The position numbers and the translations under genes were made by a program. A stretch of 45,222 nt of DNA. Origin: Schmidtea nova (Eukaryota). The DNA is taken from assembly GCA_044892505.1 (NCBI GenBank), contig CM097883.1, positions 315,146,001 to 315,191,222 on the forward strand. Direction: 5' to 3'. The notes under the pieces were generated by a model, which was given only the letters and a program-made list of their open reading frames with translations, was not told the origin of the DNA and made no database searches. Positions 1 to 8,880 of the stretch are shown here, one piece after another; positions within the stretch are counted from its first letter, which is position 1; the number at the start of each line of letters is the position of its first letter.

Positions 1-59
1 AAGTAAAGAACATGTTTTCGTTTGTGGTACAGATAATAATTAATATGTTGTGTATTTTA

Positions 60-920
60 ACGTTACCAACAGTAGTCATGGGGGTTACACAATGGTGTGT
101 TTATCTTAGCAATAGTTACTTCAGGACTTAAATATTAACATGTGTGGTTACCTTAGCAATAGTTACAGGGAGACTATACTTTAATGTGTGTATTTACCCC
201 GGGACTATATATTGATCTGTGTGTTTACCTTAACTATATCTTCCCCAGGACTATATATTGATGTGTATGTGTTAACTTTAGCAACATCTGGCTATATGAA
301 TATATATATATATATTGATGTGTGTGTGTGTTTACCCTGGAAACAGGTTCCTCAGTGAATATATAATGATGTGTGTGTGTTTACCTTAACTACAGGTTCC
401 TTGGGGACTCTTTATACGCGCGTGTTTATCTTAACAACAGATTCCAATGCATTACACTTTAATGTGCGTATTTACCCTAGCAATATCTTCCCGGTAATTA
501 TATATTAATATGTGTGCTTACCTTAGCAATAACTGCCTCGAGGAATATATTGATGTGTGTGTTTACCCTGGAAACAGGATCCTCGGGGAATATATATTGA
601 TGTGTGTTTACCCTAGCAACACCTGCATTTAGGAATATCTTGATGTGTGTATTTACCTTAGCAACATCTCCCCGGTAATTATATAGTAATGTGTGTTCTT
701 ACCTTAGCAATACCTGTCTCGAGGAATATTTTGATGTGTGTGTGTGTGTTTACCCTAACAACAGGTTCATCGGGGAATATATATTGATGTGTGTGTGTTT
801 ACCCTAACAACAGGTTCATCGGGGAATATATATTGATGTGTGTGCACGTTCACCCTGACAACACCTGAATTGAGGAATATCTTGATGTGTGTATTTACCC
901 TAGCAACCGTTGCTAGTTGA
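60..920. repeat. Degenerate minisatellite, unit about 55-60 bp (TGATGTGTGTGTTTACCYTAGCAAC...GGAATATATAT), roughly 15 copies
   Basis: The block gatgtgtgt(gt)ttaccYtaRcaaY recurs about every 60 bp; the array ends in the palindrome CTAGCAAC-C-GTTGCTAG near 900-916. Confidence 0.8.
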
Positions 921-1500
921 AAAAACTGTGCTCGTGCGCTCACTATCCCCTACTAGCAAACCATACCAAAAATTCCACACAGACATGCTAGTTAGCACAG
1001 CAGTCTAACCACACCCACAAACACTCAATTGTTCCCATCACCTATTCACAAATCACACGCAAACGCAACAGTAACAATAGAACACACAGTCATTGTATCT
1101 CGTCTCATTCAACTATAACGACATACAAACTCATACATTCGCAAACAATAGGATACCTACCTCGATATATGACAGTATTATTTCCATATTATATACACAC
1201 CAGCCTAAAATCACTACATCTCGTCTCACCAAACCACCGCAAACTACAACATCCCATCTAAAGTCTTATTATAGGGTACAGTACGCCGATTCATAAACCC
1301 CACCCGATTAATGGTAGTCAACAATCTACATTTGTATCAATTTCACCCCCTGAGAGTTGGATTCCCCACATATCTCTACAAATCAGCCCACCTCACTCGC
1401 AAAACATACCTTATAGAAATGAAATATATTCATGAAAATTTTAAAAAATCAATAAGGTAATCGAAACAAAAGCATATTGTCATCTTTCTTATAAAATGAC

Positions 1501-1660
1501 TAAAAATTTGAGTAACAATAAAATCAATTATAAATGGATAAATTTTTTTTTATTAAAAATTTGAGAACAATAAAATCAATTATAAATGGATAAAATTTCT
1601 TTTTATTAAAAATTTGAGTAACAATAGCATCGATTATAAACGGATAAAAGTTTTATTCAC
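1501..1660. repeat. Tandem repeat, about 53 bp x3
   Basis: taaaaatttgag(ta)acaataaaatcaattataaatggataaa starts at 1501, 1554 and 1607. Confidence 0.8.
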
Positions 1661-2329
1661 AAAATAAAATCTAATAGTCACATAAAAAATAAAAATCCAA
1701 TATTCATTTGTAGAATGAATACGGTCATGAAAACAATATTGATGATGTTTGAACAATTTCATTCTGAATGTGGTTAGATGGAAATCAGTGATGGACGCTC
1801 TGAAGAGATAACTTTTTCGGCGGCTTGGAATCGTCATAATGCTGTGGAATAATTAACATCAATTTATGAAGTTTAAAATTAATAAACATACCGGTTTTGA
1901 TAAATAAGAAAAATGCCAAAATCTAATGCTGGGAAAATCAAAGCGACAATTGAATTTCCCCAAGGTCGGAATAAAATTTAAACAATAAGAAACTTGTAGG
2001 AATTTAATTATATAAATTATTTAAAACCATAAAATTAGAAAATTCCTACGGTAGAAATGAAATTATTTTCGTAAATTAAAAATTAGAGTTTTTATTTTTT
2101 ATTATAAATGTAAATTAAAATTTTTATTTTAAAATGCTTTAATTGTTAATTAAAATTGATTACAATATTGGTAAAATTTAAAATTATGCTAGTGTTTTTG
2201 ATGCTCGGAATAATTTATTCGGATGCAACAATGAATTTATAATTATGTAGAATGTTTATGTTGAATTTCCGATAAAATTTTGTCGAATACTTAAAGCTAA
2301 ATTATTAAAGGAGGGACAAAATGGGCAAC

Positions 2330-2528
2330 AAACCTTCTATCGGTAGCCCTTGGACCCAGGAGATATTCGGTCAATCATAGTTTCGTATTGACGACGCTCA
2401 CTGGTTGCGAATACCCATCCACTTGTTACAGTACCAACGTTACATAGTGACGGGTAACAAGATGGTAATTTCAATGTTTTATGTGTTGAGTTGTTGATGA
2501 GAGCCATAGAAACGTCAAGGTCATATTG
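2330..2528 (-). repeat. Dispersed ~210-bp repeat, inverted copy, cut by the assembly gap
   Basis: Reverse complement aligns closely with 25891-26103 and 24783-25098 (e.g. GACCGAATATCTCCTGGGTCCAAGGGCTACCGATAGAAGGTTT). Confidence 0.85.
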
Positions 2529-2695
2529 NNNNNNNNNNNNNNNNNNNNNNNNNNNNNNNNNNNNNNNNNNNNNNNNNNNNNNNNNNNNNNNNNNNNNNNN
2601 NNNNNNNNNNNNNNNNNNNNNNNNNNNNNNNNNNNNNNNNNNNNNNNNNNNNNNNNNNNNNNNNNNNNNNNNNNNNNNNNNNNNNNNNNNNNNNN
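2529..2695. other. Assembly gap (N run)
   Basis: Run of N; ORFs crossing it are artefacts. Confidence 1.
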
Positions 2696-3005
2696 TTTTG
2701 TGATACCCAGTGCAAATCTCCAATAGCAGACTAGTTTCGAGCTTTTAGCTGGATAAAACATCACTTGAATATGCAAGGTCCTACAGATAATCTGTAATTT
2801 GCAAACATGGCGTATGAATTTCATTTTCACCTCTGCGCACTAAAAGTGTTCAACAGAAACTGTTTGCAAGCGCACCCGACTGCCTTAGCTTCATTATTTC
2901 AATTTCTTTAAATATCTTTTGAAAAAAACATTTGTCGGATGACTTCTTTGTTTTAAAACAAAAAAAGCTTGGGATTTTTTTTGTGATACCCAGTGCAAAT
3001 CCCCA

Positions 3006-3047
3006 ATAGCAGACTAGTTTCGAGCTTTTGGCTCTCATCAGTGCTAT
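3006..3047 (-). ncRNA. Type I hammerhead ribozyme with minimal palindromic stem III
   Basis: Minus strand: ATAGCA-CTGATGA-GAGC-CAAAA-GCTC-GAAA-CTAG-TC-TGCTAT. Stem I is ATAGCA/TGCTAT, the core is CUGAUGA...GAAA, stem II is GAGC/GCUC, and the GUC cleavage triplet gives a cut between 3012 and 3011. Confidence 0.92.
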
Positions 3048-3050
3048 GCA

Positions 3051-3087
3051 GGAGACGCGAAAATTTCTCTCCGCGCCAGGTAAGTAT
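3051..3087 (-). ncRNA. U1 snRNA-like 5' segment fused upstream of the hammerhead
   Basis: Minus strand starts ATACTTACCTGGCGCGGAGAG, the conserved U1 5' end, followed by a GGAGA/TCTCC stem. No 70K loop or Sm site seen, so it is not a full U1. Confidence 0.65.
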
Positions 3088-3387
3088 AAAACAAAGTCGA
3101 AAGATTTTGTTATATACTATACCTGGTACACTGGATAAAACATCACTTGAATATGCAAGGTCCTACAGATAATCTGTAACTTGCAAACATGGCGTATGAA
3201 TTCCATTTTCACCTCTGCGCACTAAAAGTGTTCAACAGAAACTGTTTGCAAGCGCACCCGACTGCCTTAGCTTCATTATTTCAATTTCTTGAAATATCTT
3301 TTGAAAAAAACATTTGTCGGATGACTTCTTTGTTTTAAAACAAAAAAAGCTTGTGATTTTGTTTGTGATACCCAGTGCAAATCCCCA

Positions 3388-3429
3388 ATAGCAGACTAGT
3401 TTCGAGCTTTTGGCTCTCATCAGTGCTAT
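3388..3429 (-). ncRNA. Type I hammerhead ribozyme, second intact copy
   Basis: Identical to 3006-3047, 382 bp away. Confidence 0.92.
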
Positions 3430-3432
3430 GCA

Positions 3433-3469
3433 GGAGACGCGAAAATTTCTCTCCGCGCCAGGTAAGTAT
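3433..3469 (-). ncRNA. U1 snRNA-like 5' segment, second copy
   Basis: Plus strand CCAGGTAAGTAT at 3458-3469, identical to the first copy. Confidence 0.65.
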
Positions 3470-3769
3470 AAAACAAAGTCGAAAGATTTTGTTATATACT
3501 ATACCTGGTACACTGGATAAAACATCACTTGAATATGCAAGGTCCTACAGATAATCTGTAACTTGCAAACATGGCGTATGAATTTCATTTTCACCTCTGC
3601 GCACTAAAAGTGTTCAACAGAAACTGTTTGCAAGCGCACCCGACTGCCTTAGCTTCATTATTTCAATTTCTTGAAATATCTTTTGAAAAAAACATTTGTC
3701 GGATGACTTCTTTGTTTTAAAACAAAAAAAGCTTGTGATTTTTTTTGTGATACCCAGTGCAAATTCCCA

Positions 3770-3805
3770 ATAGCAGACTAGTTTCGAGCTTTTGGCTCTC
3801 ATCAG
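3770..3805 (-). ncRNA. 5'-truncated hammerhead (lacks the 5' arm of stem I)
   Basis: Array homology begins exactly at CTGATGAG; upstream is unrelated AT-rich DNA. Confidence 0.8.
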
Positions 3806-4587
3806 CTAATTACAATAACGTACTTAAATAAATTGATATTTCAAAATAATGACATAGTTAATTATAAATAAAGTAAATAACGTACTTAAATAAAATAAAA
3901 TTGATAACATAAAAATAATAATAAAAAATAAAATAAAATCCTAAATTAATAATATCAATGTTTTTTATCAAATGTTCATAAAATTAAAACACAACGCCCG
4001 ATTAAATATAAGTCTCATAAATTGTTTATAAGGATGATAGTCTGAAATGTTTATATTAGAAGGGCTCGACAGATGGTGACAGATGGATAGCTTCATAGGG
4101 AGAATGATCACACAGATAATTTGAAATTTTTAGAGGATAATCACACAGATAGTTTAAAATGTTTAGTGTTCATGATGGATGGTTTGATTTGAATTGAGAG
4201 ATTATAGACTGGTAGGAGAGGGGTTAATCACATAGATAATCTGAAATACTCGATGCTCGCACGGTCGATCTGAATTAACCGTTAATGAGAGATTGTAGCT
4301 CAACCCGAGAGGGATTAGTTACCTTTCTCTAGATGTATCTTGACTCAGTATTTATTATCGCCCGTTCGATAATATTTATTAACTGTAAATACCTCAATGG
4401 GTCGACCCTCGTCATTCAACACTAATTATTTATTACTTTTTAATTATTTTATTATTAATATTATTATTATTATTTCTATTATGTAACCATAGTTTCTAAA
4501 AATATTACTCAAATTTTAAAAACATACTGAAACTAATCTGTATAATATATAACTAAATAATTAAAAAACAATAAAAAACAAAGTTCT

Positions 4588-5064
4588 TCAACAATTTTTT
4601 AATAAAACTGTTTCTTCTTCAGTTGGATCTTGAATTTGTTGATCTGTATTGAGTATTGGATCGGTATGTTTAAATATAACCAAGTCACTTCCCATATAAT
4701 GACCATACGCCAAGATTTTATTTTTTATTACCCATTTCCTTTTATCATCCGCATTTGTCAGTGCAGTCTTTTCATTTTCAATAGTGAATAGCTGATGATT
4801 TTTATTTGTGATTCTCGTTTGGGGAACAGAAAATATTTGGTTATTATTAAAACAATCCAGGTACGACTGATGCTTTATGTCAATACCCTTCAATGTTATC
4901 TCTTTAGCTTTTTTAGTTTCGTCATCTCCTAAAAGACTATAACATTTCGGTCCAAGAAACACCCACACTTCGTACTTAAGCTCTTTATTCTCGTCTTTGA
5001 ACCTCTCGATGACAGAATCAAGATTCCTAATGTATAAAGGGTGATTTAGATCATAATTTTCAGA
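4588..5064 (-). pseudogene. Relic of a Polinton pPolB C-terminus
   Basis: ENYDLNHPLYIRNLDSVIERFKDE...WVFLGPKCYSL...HQSYLDC...DDKRKWV...LAYGHY aligns to the C-terminus of the intact pPolB near 44.1-44.5 kb (SNYDPMDPLYNINLDSVIGKFKDE...WVFLRPKCYSL). Confidence 0.9.
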
Positions 5065-5965
5065 TATTATTACAAGTGATATTTCAAATCCCTAGACTCT
5101 TAAAATGAATTAAAATATTTCTTTATTTAAACTAATTTATTACCAAATATTCATATAAAAATATTAAACATTTTTATATACTTTATGCAGTAATTTAATT
5201 ATTTATCCTTGTCGGTATCGTAAAATCTATACATTTTACTGTAATATGACTTATAAAATATCATGTAATTGTTATTAATAATTAATTATGTTAAAATATT
5301 AAATTTTATAAATTCTTTACTTAATTTTATTTATTAAATGATCAATTAATTATTAATTATAATTCACACCAAATTATAATTATTCTTTCATAAATTATTC
5401 TAAATTAAAGAAAACTTTGTTAAATAATTATTTAGTTTTTCAATCTTTGATATAATTTCTAAAATATTTTTTTTGACAAAAATGTAATAATGGATTAACA
5501 TTTAGTTAAAACTGCAAAGAATACATCAAAATCTCCTGTGATATTAATTTTTTATTACAAATTCATAAACATTCATTACTATCGTTTTACCAGAATATAT
5601 TGAATATTTTACATTGTTTTTTAGACATTGTAGTAAGTAACAATAAATCTCATCAAAATGATAATAAAGCAAAAGTAAATTGTTTTATTATCCTAACTAA
5701 TTGATAAAAACTTATTGAATTTCTTTCAAGTACTGATGATTCTTCATATTTTATCATTAATCTATACCAAACTTTATCGATAATTTACACATTATTTATT
5801 ACGTTCACTAATACACATGCAACTTGATTGTAAAAGATTTTAATCCAAGAAAATAACGACAATATAATAAATTTATCAAGAAAACGTTTATAGCATTGAA
5901 ATTGTACTAAATATTTAATTCTGACCGGACTGAAACAAATTATCGAATCACAAAAATAGATTTTA

Positions 5966-7029
5966 CAGGGTTTCTATTGCAATTTAATCTCTTTTAAATG
6001 CAATTTAATCTTTTTTAAATCCACTTTAATCCTTTTAAAATCCAATTTAATCTTTTTAAAATCCAATTTAATTAAGATGTGAAAAATAATTAAAAAAATT
6101 TAAAACAGATTAAAAATGCTCTCTTTTTAGGGCCCGCACAGCAAAAGTTCTTACATGATTGAAAAACCACGTACAATCAGATTCAGTAATTCTTGTCATC
6201 GTTGACATTATTGCGGCTACCAACTCATCCACTGTGTTTGGATTGGTAGTTTTGATGAGGGATTTCCATTTCGAGAATACCTCAATAGGATTTAATTGAG
6301 GGCTATATGGCGGAAGAAACATTAATTCATGCCCGGCAGCTGCTATAATTGTACAAACTTCTTCCCCCTGCAGTTATCAAGTACTCGATCGGGTTGAGCA
6401 ACTTATTTCAAACTTATCCAGAAAAACGACATTATCATCATTTAGTTCCAAATATCTCCCCGCGTATTGAAAACGAACTTCAATATTTGCATCTGTATTT
6501 CTTCTTTCCGGAATTAACGCAATGCGTTTAAATGTATAATGAAAACTTTTTATAGCCTTATCAATTATTGGGATGGAACATATAATATTCAATTCCGCAG
6601 CCAGTTTTATTCTCAGTGCGTCCAATGTAATCGATACATCTTCGTCTATTTTAGAATGTATAAATACCTTTGCATTTTCGGTTATAATGCTTTCAACTGG
6701 CATTCTTGTTGCAATTCTCGCCATTCTACCTGTGTTCTTGAAGACTCTGATAACTGAAGCTACCGTTTTCGAGTTTAATTCAAGTTCTGCGGCTATTTGT
6801 CCAGGATTTTTATTATCCACATACTTTCGGATTATTAAGGCACGTTCATTGTCTGTAATTCTACGTGATTGAGTTTCTCTTGCTGGCATAATTATTATAG
6901 AAATAAATTGGATTTAAAAATGGTTAAATTGGATTTTAAAAAGATTAAATTGGATTTTAAAAGGATTAAATTGGATTTAAAAAAGATTAAATTGCATTTA
7001 AAAGAGATTAAATTGCATTAAAAACCCTG
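5966..7029 (-). mobile_element. Tc1/IS630-superfamily DNA transposon, internally deleted (1064 bp)
   Basis: TA|CAGGGTTT...AAACCCTG|TA ends; TIRs of about 105 bp built from a 21-bp unit; transposase remnant inside. Confidence 0.9.
6110..6889 (-). pseudogene. Tc1/IS630-like transposase, deleted and with stop codons
   Basis: N-terminal HTH-like region, VVFLD (first catalytic D), tandem TGA TAA, then in-frame FLPPYSPQLNPIE. The region around the second D (DNA..H motif) is absent. Confidence 0.88.

Positions 7030-7032
<3 letters not shown>

Positions 7033-7084
<52 letters not shown>
7033..7084. repeat. (AT)n microsatellite
   Basis: About 26 AT units right next to the transposon end. Confidence 0.95.
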
Positions 7085-7086
<2 letters not shown>

Positions 7087-7283
7087 CATTTATTCATCTT
7101 CATTTTAGTTTAATATCTTTTAAATATATCACAATTTTATTTTAGATAGTGTTGGGTTGTGGATGGGTTAAATAAAATTATTCTAGGGACTCCTCTATCC
7201 ATACCCACATATAAAATGCATACGTTACACACACGCATCCTCGACTGTTTCCCTGGATAGTCGAGTTGGAAATGTGCAAGGTT

Positions 7284-8799
7284 TGATGAACCGGAAACCA
7301 CACCAAGGTATTCTGATTTTTGGCGTGGTTGCCGATTCATCAATTTTATATTTGTTCCCTCGCTTATCATTTTACATAAGCTTACAAATAAATCTAAATC
7401 TACTTTTGTTTTCGAATGTCTGTAGTTGGTATTCAGCTTACGGCAATTTGTTAACATATACTCAGTCATGCCAAATAGCAGGGAAAGAAGAATTCCAGGC
7501 CGAACCAAAGATCGATCGAAATCATCGGGTAATCCCCCAAGGAGGATCTCATAAGGAGGTTCCACTGCCGGCTTGCTTATTAGAAAGTACTTGTCCAATC
7601 ACTCGGATCGTGTAGATATAATTGTCAGAAAATGTAATATTTATTTGATAACCAGTTTCTATATAAATCTTAATTGTATCACTTTTCTTTATTAATTGAT
7701 TGAAAGAGACATTGAAAAATCTGTAAAATTTAAGAATAAGATTGGAAACATAACACCAAGTTTTGGAAATGTCTGTGAAAATATCAAACATGCAGTTTAC
7801 CAAAATTTCATGAATAAAAATAAAAGGAGGTCTCAAAGATTGAATAACCATATAAAAATGATACACACATGGATTTGATTGTATAGCATGATAAACCATT
7901 TTTCTATTACTAAACTTTCATCAGTATCTTTCCACCTTACCGGATAAAAATAATTGAAATTAGAATGATGAAATTCAGGAAACACTCCAAAGTCATACGA
8001 TATAATATACAATTTAATGAATGACAAAATGCATGGGAAATCAATTTTTGGATTCTGGACAAAAACTTCATTTGTGAAGATATTGTATGCGCATGGTGAG
8101 GAGCAATTTATTTGAGTACCTTTAAATAGTTCTCTCGATCTTGGAATAATTAGATCTAAATGTTTTTTAAAATAAAATCCTTGCTCATTAAAGCTAACTA
8201 AGCAGCGGCATGTAATACTTGATTTTACCCAGGACGTGCTTGCCTTCGAAAACCTTCCTCTGACATTAAAGTGATATGATATATAGTTTATTCTATCAAT
8301 CAGAAAGTTTACGATTACGACGGAGTCTTTGAGAGCAACCCAATGTAGGAGCGACAGATCCGTACCTTCCGTAATGATTATTTTTACTTCTATCGGATCT
8401 AGGAACTCTACTGATCTTTCGAATCTCGCGTCATCATCTGCGATAATATATGCGAACCATAAACGTCGCTTTGCTGATTCTTCTATATATTCTTCATTCA
8501 ACATTTTATTCAAATGATATTTCGGTAATCTATATTTGATATTATAATATATTTTTAAATTAGAATTTAAAAAGTCGAATTTCAAGCGATTTCAAATATT
8601 TATTTTATATTATCGTGCGGGTTAACCGCTTAACAACCTCTTTTAACAAAACATACAATGTTGAAATTATAAAATTTTTACATATATAACAATTTTTTTA
8701 CAACCTTAATTTACATAATTTTAAATATACATGAGACACGAATAAACATTTATTTATGTTAAAAATTCATATCCAAACGTGTGTCCACAGAACATTACA
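7284..8799 (-). repeat. 3' LTR (1516 bp)
   Basis: Offset of 6435 from 13719-15234; only two substitutions noticed by eye. Confidence 0.95.
7833..8504 (-). CDS. LTR-internal ORF (223 aa from ATG) with one ankyrin-like motif, 3' LTR copy
   Basis: 250 open codons in AT-rich DNA; SLLHWVALKDSVVIVNFLID resembles an ankyrin repeat consensus. Confidence 0.4.
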   Translation of the reverse strand: MLNEEYIEESAKRRLWFAYIIADDDARFERSVEFLDPIEVKIIITEGTDLSLLHWVALKDSVVIVNFLIDRINYISYHFNVRGRFSKASTSWVKSSITCRCLVSFNEQGFYFKKHLDLIIPRSRELFKGTQINCSSPCAYNIFTNEVFVQNPKIDFPCILSFIKLYIISYDFGVFPEFHHSNFNYFYPVRWKDTDESLVIEKWFIMLYNQIHVCIIFIWLFNL

Positions 8800-8802
8800 T
8801 TA

Positions 8803-8812
8803 CCCCCCATCC
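8803..8812 (-). promoter_or_regulatory. Polypurine tract
   Basis: Minus strand GGATGGGGGG, 3 nt upstream of the 3' LTR TG. Confidence 0.8.
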
Positions 8813-8880
8813 AGTAACGCGGAGCGTTTTTCTTAAAAAAAAAAATTTTTAGAAGTGTTAGTATTGGTGCTCGCCCTAAG

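Larger units (their letters stand above)
2696..3805 (-). repeat. 382-bp tandem array carrying hammerhead ribozymes (retrozyme/satellite-like)
   Basis: Near-identical units with period 382 (ATAGCAGACTAG at 3006, 3388, 3770). The leftmost unit has a ~99-bp net deletion. The array stops abruptly at 3805 and runs into the gap on the left. Confidence 0.95.

Noticed and set aside
2490-2528. Hammerhead-like TTGATGAGAGCCATAGAAAC in the dispersed repeat
   Set aside because: It starts with U rather than C, has no stem II, and the other copies read TTGATACG/GTAAC, TTGATAGG/GCAAC and TTGATGTG/GCAAC, so the core is not conserved
2337-2726. ORFs spanning the first N gap (also 28081-28386 at the second gap)
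   Set aside because: They are artefacts of N runs being translated as X
2960-3087. Full-length U1 snRNA gene cluster
   Set aside because: Only the 5' arm matches. No 70K loop (GAUCA), canonical stem-loops II-IV or Sm site was found
2850-3802. Three repeated 62-aa ORFs (MRAKSSKLVCYW...)
   Set aside because: They are incidental frames over the hammerhead and hairpins of the tandem repeat; no protein features
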